The notes under the pieces were generated by a model that was not told where the DNA came from, made no database searches, and saw nothing but the letters and a program-made list of their open reading frames with translations. The translations under genes were made by a program, and so were the position numbers. From contig NW_026262679.1 of NCBI RefSeq assembly GCF_021869535.1, forward strand, positions 96,100,001-96,164,000: a stretch of DNA of 64,000 bases, in the 5' to 3' direction. Origin of the DNA: Mytilus californianus (lineage: Eukaryota). Below are positions 1 to 13,720 of the stretch, piece by piece; the first letter of the stretch is position 1, and the number at the start of each line of letters is the position of its first letter.

Positions 1-322
1 AAGAAAGTGGAGACTATCCAATTAAATATATGTACCCTATAAGTATTGGGGGAAGTATAAAGCCATCAGATCCTCAAAATTGAAATGAGGTTAACTATAA
101 AATATCATTACTGTACTGTACCATCAACCACAAAAACTGTTTTGTGTGCGTCTTTCTTAGATTTATTTTTATGTTTGTCTTGATTTTTTAAGCCAGTTGT
201 GTTGTATATCCATGATATATGTTTACCCATTTGTGGATCCCCATTATTGTGACGTTAACAAATTTTGTCTGTTTGCATTTAGTTGTTTACACAATTTTGT
301 CAATATAACGGAACTATAAACA

Positions 323-404
323 ACTGTCTTACCAGAAGTTTAGCTAGTATAAAGCCAGGTTTAACCCACCATTTTCTTCGGAAAATGTCAGGAATATGGC
401 AGTT
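323..404 (+). ncRNA. Remnant twister-like motif (family B) with L4 deleted
   Basis: TAA-CCC-AC-C-ATTTTC[TTCG]GAAAAT-G then directly TCAGGAATATGGCAG. The CCTGTACCAAGT block of the 15967, 37312 and 55692 copies is missing. P3 is capped by a cUUCGg tetraloop. Confidence 0.45.
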
Positions 405-3400
405 GTTTTCCATAGTTCATTTTGTTGATATAGTCGAGCGATTTGATTTGTCAGGTTTTATGGACTTTTGCCTTTTTGAATTTACCTAGGAGTTCAGTAT
501 TTTTGTTAATACATTTTTTTTTAATCATAATGCATTTATTATTGGTTCCTATTCGTACATGCTTTATAAATTATAAAAAGTTGAATTTGTAGTTACCTCC
601 ATATCAAACTCTTATTTGACTCTTTGTTTTGTCAGACAGTTCAACAATTCTTATATGGTTGCCATTCGTGTGACTTGTAGGTTGACTGATATCTAATATT
701 CATATCAATTTTCTTTTATGATTCGAGGTTGAGCAAATGTAGATTAAATGGTTGAATTGTTTAAATAAGAATTTGAAATACATTCTTATTTTAAAAGGGT
801 GGATATAATTTTTACAAATTTCATTATAATGATTATCAATCCTTTGTTAAATATTTGGCACATGTAATAATATTTTAAATCTATTTCCTCGTGTAGGCCA
901 GATTGTCTGACCTGAATACATTATATATGTCTGGTAGTTTTACAGCAATAAATTAAATGCAGTTACAATTATTATCCCTTCATGTCACGTTGTGGTTAAT
1001 CTTTGATCTTTTCCATTATCATTTAAGATCAGATATTCCCCAACATGTTTATCCTTTAAAAAAGTGAACTATTTAGAAGATAAAGGCTTCATAAAGAAAT
1101 GAATAGTAAGATATAATTATGCGTATTGTTGACAGTTAGATGTAATAACTATATGTCCTTTTACTATGTTTGCTACTATTTTCTGACTGAAAAAATATAG
1201 AATTATATTAAGGTCTTACCAGCAACGATGAGCCATATCTTATATCCACACTTTGTTTTAATTATCCCAACGGGGACAATCGTCGTGCCCAGGGTGGGGG
1301 TGGACTTTTGAACGCAATTTCTATGAGATCGTTTGACAAAAACCTTACCTCGTAGGAATCTTTCCCATCATATGAAATTGACAATATTGTATCGCCATTT
1401 TGAATCGACCAATTTTACGTTGAAATTCTCCTTCGCCATGATCGTTCAAATTTAAAGTATTTCTTAAAAAACTTATCATAAATAAGACAAAAATCTAGAT
1501 ATAGATTTGGTTGCTCGCAGTTACTTCGATCATGTGTATTTGACCATATTGTACTGAAGTTTTGAATTGACAATTTTTACGGGAGTTATGGAACTTTGAC
1601 CGTTTTTTTTTCTTGTATTATAATAAGAATAACGGTACCAATGTTACTGCACCAGATGGGCATTTCAACAATAAATGTCTGAAATCTAAATTAATTTCCA
1701 TAATTTTGTAACAGGATATTCGTAACATAGAATTAATGTTTGCCATCATGTGCAGCCAATTATGATGTACCGTCATTTTGCTTTTGCTATTTTTACTGGT
1801 TTTACGGCGTTCCAATCTTCTAATATACTTATTTGTATACCTTTTATAGACATAATAAAACACGAGTTTCAGTGTTTTAACAAATATATAATTTACGTTA
1901 TTCAAAGGGTCAAAAGTAAAACCAAATAATTTCCATGATACCTGTATCTTAAATAAAAGAAACACAAGGGGAAAACTTAACCCTTAACACAGTGCATTGA
2001 TATCGACTGATGTTTTTCCCCTATGGGTAGATTGCATTAGCCAGATTTGGCACAACTTCCTAGAATTTTTTGTTTTCAATGCTCTTCAACGTCGTTTTTG
2101 ATTTGGCTGTTCAAGTGTTTAGATTCGCGATCTTCACCGATTAGTCTTGTTTAGAGGAAACGTGTGACTTACGTTGCACATTATACGCTTTAATTGTTAG
2201 TAGAAAGAAATTTTTTAATTTTATATTAAATAGATATTTATGAAAATGAAAAATGCAACCAATTGATACTATTTTCATACGCTATTGTGCAATGTAAAGT
2301 TGGTGTTATTTGTTTTATAGAATCTCCGGTAATTCAAGGGAACAAGGGGAACCATGATTTTTATCAAAATATCTGAAATATACTTTAAGTTATCCATATG
2401 CCACATTGTACTCATTGCGATGCATGTAGGTGATTCATGGAAAAACAAACATAGTTGATCAAAAGCTAGCAGAACTTTTCAAATTTCAAAAAACTTATTG
2501 TCATATTTTACCTTCTTATTTTCTCATAAACTTTTCTTAAAAATTTCCCTGATATTTTGTGAGAATTATAGAACATAATAATGCAGCCAAAATTTATGAC
2601 TCATTACTGTTATAACATACATCTGTCAGGTATAGGTGTTATCCAAAATTTCAATAAATGCCATGAAGTATAATCGTTATATCCGTATTTTAAATTACTT
2701 CTAAGAAACGTTTAAAATCATATAATCTACCCCCACGCAATTTCTATAGTTTACTATGCACTTTTAAAAAGGTAATTTAAATAGACCGTTTTCATCTGAA
2801 TGGAACATGAATAATCTGTTTTAAACATACGGTATTATTACACGGAAAGGAATGTTTATTGTGACGTAATAGTTTAAATGAATATTTCCCGTCACGAATG
2901 CTTTTACGTAGAAAATCGCTTAAGGTCCTGTTGACTTTTGCCGACAATGTATTGTATATAATGTCAGTGGGAGTAAATATAATACATGACATCTATTTTC
3001 AACAGTTTAAAATGTAAAGAAATTTTTAATTAGCTAAATCAATCCCAAAAAAACAATGGTTTAAAAATTCAAAAGCAAAATAGATCATAAATCCGTCTAT
3101 GTACATGAGATTTTATTGAGATGAGTAATACCCGAGATCACAAAAGCGATAGTTTTTTTATTATCGATATTTTCTCAAATTTTCCATGATCTTTCTGTGT
3201 AATAATTTTCAATCTTACTATACATGAGCGAGATGGACTCTTCTCATCCGTGTAGTGCAAATGAATATTTACCGATTTTTTTAAAAATCTTTTGAGCATT
3301 CAAATTCATTTGATATACAGCGGAGACAGATTACGATTGGATTTAAAAGATCCACAATCAACCACGGTTATGTGATAAAATTTGCTTCAATTATTGAAAA

Positions 3401-3552
3401 CCGATAGTGGCAGCGCAGATAAATGCCCCACTAGCGAGTTATCACATTGTTGACAAACTGAGTCGGTATCTTCCATTTCCTTGAGAACTCAGTAGCGATA
3501 GCTAGGAATGTGCTAATTTCTCGCAGATTTAGGCAGTATCTGTTGTTATTGC

Positions 3553-4010
3553 AAAACATGTCGCTAGTAAGTTGAGACACTGACAAGTCGTATCAGTCAA
3601 CCAGTTTGTGATGCTGACCTTAAAATTTATGCAGTGTCGATGTCAGTCGTTCGTCCTCATAACTCAGTTTATGTGTTAGGAGCACACCCATGTTAATGAG
3701 TTCCGAAAAGTGTGAACATGCACGAGCGTAACTTATTGACTGAGATATGTAAACGCCATATACGATTGAGAAGACGGTATGTTACTTCTGAGAAATTGGA
3801 CGCTGACAAGTGGAAGTTGGAATCATCACGTTTGTCATAGATTAGTTTTGAAGTCATCCATCTGTGTCAATATGGAGGACAAAAATCAAGATATGAAGCA
3901 GACTTTTGGTAGTATCCATAATCTCAAGTTCATTATGATATATGAGATGAAAGCACTCATTGAAATGTGGGTTATTGTTGGACACAACTGCATCAATATA
4001 TCTGAAATTG
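3553..4010 (-). pseudogene. Penelope-like retroelement reverse transcriptase, C-terminal fragment with stops and frameshifts
   Basis: Minus-strand translation across frames gives FRYIDAVVSNNNPHF..LIYHNELEIMDTT..HIDTDG..IYDKRDDSNF..GVYISQSISYARACSHFSE..KF*GQHHKLVD*YDLSVSQLTSDMF. This matches the recalled invertebrate PLE RT pattern FRYIDD..ELEIKDTT..YDKRDDF..YGVYISQLIRYARAC. Confidence 0.8.
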
Positions 4011-7000
4011 AAATAAAAAATAGAGCAAACGAAAATATAACCATGCATCCGGTATATGACAGAAAGAACAGCAGTTTGACAATACTTTGGTATTAATCAT
4101 TAATGGTAATAAAAAAGGAAGAAAACAATCTAAATGAATTCGGCAACTGTGTTTATCACCACCATCCTCATTTTACTGTATTCTTGATTTTTCTTTTATC
4201 TTTGGTTTTTTTTTCTTTATTCGTTTGCAGTTTAATATGATAGCCGAATATTGACGTCATAATACCGATGTCAGCTGAGGTGTCAAAAGTAAACAGACAA
4301 AAAGGGGAGTGATAACACCGGAATGTTGCATGCTCTTCAATCGTAATAAGACTGTTTTCACTTCTGTTCGTAGAATTGAAAAGTAGAAAAGCTATTTAGT
4401 TTTCGTTTTGAAGAAATAATCCGTCTTATCTATTAACCTTCCTTAACCTCAAACCTTGATCTTACATGATAGTTCACTTTGTGATTTGGGTTGAAGAAAC
4501 GAAAATATCAATGCGGTTCGAAAATGATAAAACTCAGAGGAAAAATGTTCGTCCACAGATATGAATAGAGGTAGATGCGGGATAAGGTCAACGAGACAGA
4601 AACCCAACGACGAAGATAACCAAATTACATCTATCGGACAACATGCAGTAGACAAAAAACAGGTGTCTAAACAATATATATGTTGAAGCTGTAAATCGCT
4701 ATGAGTCTTTTAAAGTCGAAAATAAATAAATCAGGTATAAACAAAATTTTTCACTTAAAGTTTTGCAGTCACAGTTTACAACTTGTAAATTAGAGAGTTC
4801 ACTGTTGTAATGCGGGTTATATATATTTATATATTTGAGAAAAAATTTCTTTTTCACTCGAAATATTTGCACAAATTTCAAACTAAGTAACTTTCATATA
4901 AACGATCAGCTATAGCACTGGGAGTTCAACATATTGCATGATTGTTCTGCTGTCCTGCTATAGCAAGAGAGGTAAAGGTCAGTGTTTTATCAAATCAGAT
5001 AAACACAGGTACAAAAATGATTAAATTGCAACGAGAATGAATTCATGCATACAACATTGATATGCTTGTGGATTATGTAAACATTTTTTTTTAATTTAAA
5101 TTGGTATGTCAATTCTATACAAATTCAAATTTTACAAAAAAAAAATTCCAAGAAAAAATATATTGTTGTTTTTTTGTGTGTTCTCATCTAAGTATTCACT
5201 ATATCGTACATAATTTACATATCTGTATCATGTTGCTTTTAAGTTGGAGTCTATGCGATATTACATGTAGGTTTTAGTATTTTCCATGGTTTTCGTCTCT
5301 TTTGTCTATAACAAGAAATATGCAGCGAAGTGTTTCAATTTCAAAAAAGGGAATACTTTGGTTCTCAAACTCGAAATGGGCCAAACTTTGATTGCAGAAG
5401 GACTTAGAAATTTTATTGAGCTCGGAAAGATTGAGTTTTCTTTTGTGGTGAGCTGCCCACGTATGCATTCAAACAAGATCCGGCCAATTTATTTAATAGT
5501 TGCAATACAGTTTCGAATGTGTTTTGACAAAAAAATTCCCAACGATTCCTAGATGAAAACAAATGTTGAAAAGTAGGTTAATATATAGTCATCTATTTTA
5601 ATTGAAGATGCAACTGAATTATAACACACAAGGGTGTATATCATATTCCTAATTATTTGTAAAATTATTCAATCAAACGAGACCAAGTTATTTGGCATAT
5701 CCGGATACTAATTAGTAAGAATTATAATAGACATTGACAGTTCCGTTTACGATTTCTGAATGTCTCATTGATTTCATTCATATAATCTAAATTCCAATAA
5801 ATGTTTTTTTTGGCTGATTAAAATCGCTATATATTACAAATAACTTATTATTGGGGTTTTTATTCTTTTTCTCAATATCGTCACGATTCAAGGTATTATT
5901 GTCCTGCAAAACAACAACAAGATATACATCAAAATAGTAAAATTTTCATTTTGTTTGTGGGGTTTCTGCGGGGGGACTTAAATCTTGTTTGACTCACACT
6001 CACAATCAGTGGTAAAAAGAAAATTTAAACAATAACATGAACAACAACAATGTCGAAAGGGGCCTTATGAATCGTTAAAACCTGTTGCCGGATGAAACTG
6101 ACTGAGAGCTGAAATTTTTTGGATCTTACTTAACTATTTACTTTCTTACATATTGTAATTATTAAAATTTTGAAATACAACTTCACTTTTTTTAAATACG
6201 TATAGGTACATATAAATGTATAAACGCTTTAAATTTAGTCTGTGTACTTTTATGCACAATACTGAAACCAGTAGGTATTTAAATGTGTATTGAAAAGTTT
6301 TTTCACAAATATATCTTCTGCAAAAAGAAAAGATTTTCTACCTGGAGAAATGTTTACAATGACTTAAATATGAGACAAGGTCATTTAAAATTGTTTTTCT
6401 CTTTTTGTCATATTATACACATATGACTATACACAAGTGACTGTCTGTATGAATATGGCAAATATAATATCGATCTTGTTTCATGCTGAAAATAACGTTC
6501 CTTTTAAATATTAACATATATCAAATATCATTTAACCTGAGAAAAATATCAGGTCATGACACAAATTGGATTAAAAATAACTCATGATGATGGATAAGAA
6601 TTCATGACAAAACATCGCTACACGCACTATGAAATAATACAGCGATTGTATTACTGTTTTATTTCTCCAAGTCAAGACGAACCCTTTAATACAGACTTAC
6701 TAAACAATTATAGGTTACCGTACGGCCTTCTACAATGAGCAAAGCTTATACCGCATAGTCAGCTTTTCTTTAAAAGGCCCGGCATGATTAAATGTGAAAC
6801 AATTCAAACGAGAAAAAAAAAACCAATGGCCTGATTTTTGACAAAACAATAAACGAAAAAAATATGACGGATAGCAACCAACGTCAACCGCAAATTTTTA
6901 GGCTCCTGATTTGGGACAGAATTTTTTTTAATTGTAGCGGAATTAAACATGCATGTAAGCGCTAAACACTTCCCTTTACCTGGGACATTGCTGTAACAGC

Positions 7001-9700
7001 ACAACATAAAAACAAACTGTTAATATCAGTTGGAAATGGCTTTAGTCAACAGATTGTCGCGAATCACAAAAACAACTAACGTAAAAACAAAAGACACAAA
7101 GTACAGATATAAAAGCACTGTTTTTATTAATAAATTTCTCAATATTTTTGTAGCATTAAAATGGTACATATTCTAGAGTACCAGACGTGGGCATTACGAA
7201 AAGTGATGTTTCTTCAATAAATGTATGGTCATCCCGAAAAGGATTTCATTTTTCAATTTTTCAGAAAAAAAAGTATCAGACTATACTCTGTCAAATTAAT
7301 TTTCAGAACAAACTTTAATCATTACATATTTTATCAAGATATATTGTATAATATATTGATTCTTTTCCTAAGTATGGATGAAATATTTGCCAATAAGCAT
7401 AAAGCAAACTAAAATTGATCTAGTTTACATATAGGCAAAGAGTATAAACATTAACATAATTTTAAACATTTAAAACCAAGAATACATGTCCATAACAAAT
7501 AATAAAAACAAAAAAAATCAAGACATTGAAAAATCAAAAGAAAAATCCCAAAATGTATAACTAACTTGCCTAGCTCTGCTTACAACATTTCAAAGGTTAA
7601 GCGACAATGATTCATAGCTATCAATGAGTCAAATCCGGCTTGGAATGGGAAATACTCGGAAAACATATCTGGATTGAACCGGCAATGGCGGCGAAAAACA
7701 TTCCTGCAACAGTTACGCTCACTTAGCTTAAATTCCAATAACAACACAATTAGTTACTCATACTTAGTTTAATCAAAAATTCAGTATCCTTATACATTTT
7801 GGATTTTCAAACGTTTCCTCCTTAAACTTCTTGGGTGTTAAGATTTTATTTTGATAAAACATTTCAATAATTTATGAATGAAAATTAAGTTATCAACGTG
7901 TGTGCTATTAAGCGTGCAAACCTTACCTGAAGAATATATACATTGTATTTCCTGTTATGTTTATTATCATTTATATTGCTAAGGAAAATCTTATATAGCA
8001 GCTTTTCTTCGCAAATGTAAAGCCCCGAGGAAACTTCGAGTTTATTTATAGGAAACAATCTCTGGCTAAGTACTCCCCCCACCCCCACCCCCCTCCGAAA
8101 TCAAAACCATACTCCCATAGAGCGTCAATGGTTTGCAGGGTGTATGCAACCCGAGTTTGGAGAATGCAGCACACCCAGCACATATAATATCTCTCTTAAA
8201 AACATTCGTCCAGAAAATTAAATTCGATGTCTCGCATCCACACTCTCTGCACTTTAAAGAACTCTTGCAACAACTCTTTAATGGGTACGTAGATTACCTG
8301 TTATAGTGCAAATATTTTGCCCTATCTAACTTACCCTCATTTTCCAGTGTCAGTGTAAATGTACCTCCCTCCATTCCGGCCGACCTACCTTGCCGAAGCT
8401 ACCTTTTTTATTATTTTTTTATTTGCGTTAGTCCTTCATATGCATATTTTACAATTTACTGGCACATATATGTTTTGTAAAATCACTATGCTATATTCAG
8501 AGACATTCCACATATCTGCCCTTTACCGAATAAGAATTAATAGACTTTTTTTTTAAAATGACCCTGGTGTGAAATGAATTCAAGGAATTACAGTTTATAT
8601 TTTGTAGGTGACCTAAAGAGAAACACATATAATGGATAAAATTAATACCTGCTGGGATATTATTTGTGGCTGAAATTCAACTAAGATATGCAACGGTGAA
8701 TTCTTTTAACGACATTATCATTTTAACAGAGTCTATGTGTAAGATTTTGCAGATTTACCATACCATCGTAAATTCCAGAATTTTGCTCTTTAGTAAACTG
8801 TTAATCCTATACGCATTACGCACGTAAGAAGTATTTATAATGGTGAATACTGTTTTTGGAATGTGACGAAGTAATCATCTTAAGGACAAGATGAATGAAG
8901 ATGGACAATAACAAAATAACTCTATATTCCTAAAAAAAGAACGAAGGAGCGTAAATACTTAACTTTACATGTGTCTTTTAATTCAAATGAAAGATTTCGA
9001 ATGTGTGTCCTTATTGGCATGTTTGGTTCATTAAAAAAAGTCATAAATATATATAAAACGTCTAGATATTAGTCAACGATCTTTCTAACGAGGGCACACT
9101 ATGTCTCTTCAGAGATGCTCGCGGCCAAAATATTTGAAAATCCAAAACCTTCTATAAAGTTCTTTTTACTAAAACTCGTTGCAGTATAAAAAGATTTCTA
9201 AACAAGTAATTTGTTAGATATTTTCATGCTGTAAATTTTTCGTTCTAGAAAATTTTCAATAACACATGTATATTTTTTAAAGTTTAGTAATTATAGTGTA
9301 GCACATATAAATCACACTTTAATACTGAACTGTGCATATAAAAAGAGAGGGAATAGCTATACTATCAAACGGGCAATCGAAAATCATATGTCAAAAAAAA
9401 AAAAATAATGCCAGGGCCAAAAAATAAAAACGTCGAAAAGATGAACAAAAATAACAAAACATTACACAGAAAACAAATGCTTTAGCATCATGAACCCATG
9501 GCCGTTTAAAAAGCTGGGGGACGGGGGGAGTTGGTGTCTCAGGTGCATTTGTAGATTTCATCGATCTTATATGTTCATCCGTTTTCAATATTCATAGCTT
9601 AATATTATGAGAAAATATAAAGAGTCCATTGTGTATTTAAATTGTACATGTTTAAAATCAGCCTATGTGTTATCAAAGTTTTTAAAAGGTTTGGCCTGGA

Positions 9701-10077
9701 GCATCACCGAAGAGCTATTAACTGTAGAAATGCGCATCAGGTGCGGTATAGTTGGTAATGTTGATGTAATAACTACCACTGAGTCGATACCTCTGCTGGT
9801 GGACTTTTAATCACTGAGGTAACACCAGTTCAGTAGCCAGTATTTTGGTACTGGCATCAAAACACGGATATTGTTTTATTACAACTTGGAAGTAATTTTA
9901 CATTAAAGAATGTACCCTCCTCAAGCATAGCTCTGATTCCTTGCCCGGATTTGGCTATACTTTGGTTACTTTTGTTTAATCAGATCATCAACTTTTGTAT
10001 AAGATTTTGGATTTTCAAAATATTTGACCTCGAGTATCACTGAAGAGATATAAATTGTCGAAATGCGCATCTGGTGC
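9701..10077 (+). mobile_element. Retrozyme-like unit bounded by two type-I hammerhead motifs (333 nt between predicted cleavage sites)
   Basis: Degenerate hammerhead at 9701-9744 (CCGAAGA..GAAA-TGCGCATC) and intact one at 10034-10077, same orientation. Related sequence occurs on the minus strand near 16160-16300, 17155-17255 and 60170-60240. Confidence 0.7.
10034..10077 (+). ncRNA. Minimal type-I hammerhead ribozyme, core intact
   Basis: GTATCA-CTGAAGA-GAT[ataaatt]GTC-GAAA-T[GCGC]AT-C-TGGTGC. Stem I is 6 bp with G-U pairs; core CUGANGA/GAAA; palindromic GCGC loop III; AUC cleavage triplet after 10071. Confidence 0.85.
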
Positions 10078-13039
10078 AGTACATTGGTACCGATATGAGC
10101 CGGAAATATATAACCTTCATCGTATCCACTTGTTTCTAGAATATTTATACTTAATTGTCCATTGCCAAGGTAGCAAAAAATATCACCAGCTTTGATACAA
10201 ATGTATCGACTTGGAACATATTTGGATTTAAGATACTCGGGAGAAGAAAGCTAAGAGGAAGGGGACTTTCACCGATTCCAAACCCTTAAAGGTGAAGCCA
10301 AACTAATTGTTCTGAAAGACTCATGAAAAATATTCTACGTGTTGGACACCTAGAACTATCCTAACACGTAATAAGAACGACGAATAGCTTAGCCTCCCCC
10401 AAAAAAATAATAATCAAAATAAAACAAACAAACAAAATAAAACAAAGGGTCAGTGTGAATCAATGAATGACGTAGACCACATTTTTAATTTCTATTAAAG
10501 AGGACATAAAATTCTTTACTTATGATGCTATGGGTTGTCCGATGCTTTTTTTGTGGTAATCTGTCGTCAATACTCTATATGATTCTATATCGAAATTTAA
10601 AGATATATCAAACTTAAGTTTTATTTATAGGACATAAATAAATATATATATAGTCGCGTCCGCTATATCTCAATAAGTGTGTTACTCATTGTGATGACTT
10701 TATTACCATCACAGCGATATACAGTGGTAGTAGCCGGGAAAAATAAATAAAATCGTTCCTGTGATGGTTTTGGGAAGTAACACTTTGTACGTGTGTCTGT
10801 GTTTGTACAAAAACAACATTCGTTAACCCTATTAAATCCTTCCTTAAAAAGAGATCGGCATCCACTCTGAATGTACACATTGATAATGTGAGGCAAAAAT
10901 TTAGTTTTTCCTAAAAGGCTAATGACAATATTCTTGTTGGACCCTTCAAACTATTCTTACACTTACTAAGAACGTCGAATAGTTAAGCTCCCCCTCCCAA
11001 ATAAAAAGATAAAAAAAATTCAACAACATACAAACAAAATAAAACAAAGAGTCAGTGTAAATTAAGGAAAGACGAAATTTCGATAAAAGAGGACAATAAA
11101 ATTCTTTTCTTTTGATGCTATGTGCTTTCCGATGCTTTTTTTTTACAGGTAGTACACCGGTATCTGGACGTTATTTTACTGGTGAATGGTATTAATTTTA
11201 AGGAAAAAAATCACTAAAAACAGAAAAAGTACTGGTAATTCCTCTTGGTAATGATTAAATACATAAATATATAATCAAAGTAAACATGACGTTATTTGGT
11301 TTTAAACTTACCAGAATGGGGTTTAAAGTGAAGTTCTAAGAAATTTGCCCTTTTTTCATTTACCCCAGAATGAAACAATAAGCCATTGAAATTGATAGAA
11401 AATGGAGTTGTCCATCCGTTACATTATTGTTATAATTATCAATACACTTTGTTGACCCAAATTGTTTATACAATAGGTGCTACGATCCAACCGGAATTTT
11501 AATTTCATAACAAATTGTACATGCTTCCTTTAAATCGACGACAAAACAAAATAAACAGTCTGTTGTGTTTAACATTTTTCGCAGTTTTTCAGCTATTATT
11601 TTATTTATAAGAACTGCATGTATATTTCGTTTAAAACGCAAGTTATCTTGTTTGTTTTCAATTTGTCGTCAATACGCTATATATATGATCATATTACATC
11701 GACATTGAAAGTTAGATTAAACTTAATTTCATTTATGATTTAAACATATTAAATATATATATTTGCGTCAGCCATATTTCATTAAGCGTGTTACTCATTG
11801 TGATGCACAGCAATAAGCGATATAAGTAGCCGATATAAAATTAAAAAATTGTTCCTGTGGTGGGTTTGGGAAGTTACACTTTGTACAAGTGTCTGTGGAT
11901 GTACAAAAAAGAACATTCGTTAACTTTTAATCCTTCATTAAAAGGGGATAGCATCAACATGGAATGTACACATTGATAAAGTGAGGCAATTATTATTTTC
12001 CATAATGCCATAACTTGTTTTGACCTAAATTTGCGTGAACTATTTCCCACTGAAAGTTGAGCAAACAACATTTGATCAATTTGTATAGTTGGTTCTCTAC
12101 ATAATATATCTCTGTTTGTTCAAATGAAACTAAAACTGGTGGCGGAAAGTACTTTTCAGGTGAATGGTATTAATTTAAAATGAAAAATCACTGTAAACAG
12201 AAAAATACTGGTCTTTCCTCTTGGTGATGATTAAATACATAAATATATAATCAAAGTAAACATGACATAATAGTTTTTTCCTAATTACTAAATTGTGGTT
12301 TTAGGTGATTTTTTTTTTAGAAATTTGGCATTTTTTTTTCATTTACCCCAGAATGATACAATAAGTCATTGAAATGGATAGAAGAGAGTGCTATCCATCC
12401 GTTGCACAATTGTTATTAACATCAATACACTTGGTCGACCCAAATTGAATATACAATATATACCAAGATCCAACCGTCATTTAAAATACAAAAGAAATTG
12501 TATCCAAATTGAAGTTACCATAGGTTAGGTACTACGATCCAACAGGTATTTGAATCTAAAAGAAATTGTACATGCTTCCCTGAAATCGACGACAAAAAAA
12601 AAATAAATAGTTGACTGTGTTTAAATTTTGGTACTTAAATTTGTCTTTCATTTTATATATAACCGGTGTTTTGCTTTTGCGCCAATTGGCATTTCATTTG
12701 CACCAAAAGAATCTTTCATTTGCGCCACATACGACATGTCATTTGCGCCAATTATACACGTAAATGGTTTAAATAAAGAGACTTTTGATAATAATGATTA
12801 CAATACAGATTTGAACATATTTATCATTAAACCAAAATGAAAGCATTTAACACTGATTTAATTTTTTAAATGTTGAGATTGTACTTTCGGCTAGTGTAAA
12901 TCGTGGTTGACTGTATTCATTCGATGTTTTATAATGGTTTTGCTGTCCACATCTATTGTGATTCTGGCTTTGCAACGACTTACATCCGTTTTTCCATACA
13001 CTAGATATCTTTTTTTGTGTGAGCACAAACACATACAGA

Positions 13040-13720
13040 CGTATTTCTTCCTTTATTTGTCTCCAAATGAATTATGTCCATCTTGTCACCTCGAACATGT
13101 GAGCACTATAAAATTGAGATTGGAAATGGGGAATATGCCAAAGAGACAACAACCCGACCAAAGAGCAGATAACAGCCGAAGGCCACCAATGGGTCTTCAA
13201 CGCAGCGAGAAAATCCCGCACCCGGAGGTGGGCCTCAGCTGGCCCCAAAATAAAAATGTGTACTAGTTCAGTGAAAATGGACGTCGTACTAAACTCCAAA
13301 ACATATAAATGAACTAAAATTAAAAAACATACAAGACTAACAAAGGCTAGAGGCTCCTGACTTGGGACAGGCGCAAAAATGCGGCGGGGTTAAACATGTT
13401 TAGTGAGACCTCAACCCTCCCCTATACATCTAGCCAATGTAGAAAAAACAAACACACTGTAATACGCACAGTAAAACTCAGTTCAAAAGAAGTCCGAGTC
13501 CGATGTCAGAATAGGTAACAAAAGAAACTAAGCAAAATGACAACGATACATAAATTAACAAAGGACTACTAGCAGTTACTGACATGCCAGCTCCAGACCT
13601 CAATTAAACTGATTGAAAGATTATGTCTTCATCATATGAAAATCAAGCACAATCCCTCCCGTTAGGGGTTTAGTATCATACCATCATAAAATATATGAGA
13701 AGAACATAACCCGTGTCATG
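13040..13720 (-). mobile_element. Abundant non-autonomous interspersed repeat (family C) carrying a twister-like motif
   Basis: Reverse-complement homologue of 59290-59790, with a partial copy at ~44660-45000. Confidence 0.75.
13345..13435 (-). ncRNA. Twister-ribozyme-like motif, P5-type permutation (best copy)
   Basis: Minus strand: GGCTAGA-tgtata-GGG-GAGGG-ttgaggtctcactaaacatgtt-TAA-CCCC-GC-C[GCA tttt TGC]G-CCTG-TCCCAAGT-CAGG-agcc-TCTAGCC. It has P5 (7 bp), P2, P3, P4, L4 UCCCAAG and GAGGG, as in the recalled twister consensus. P1 is not Watson-Crick. Confidence 0.7.
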
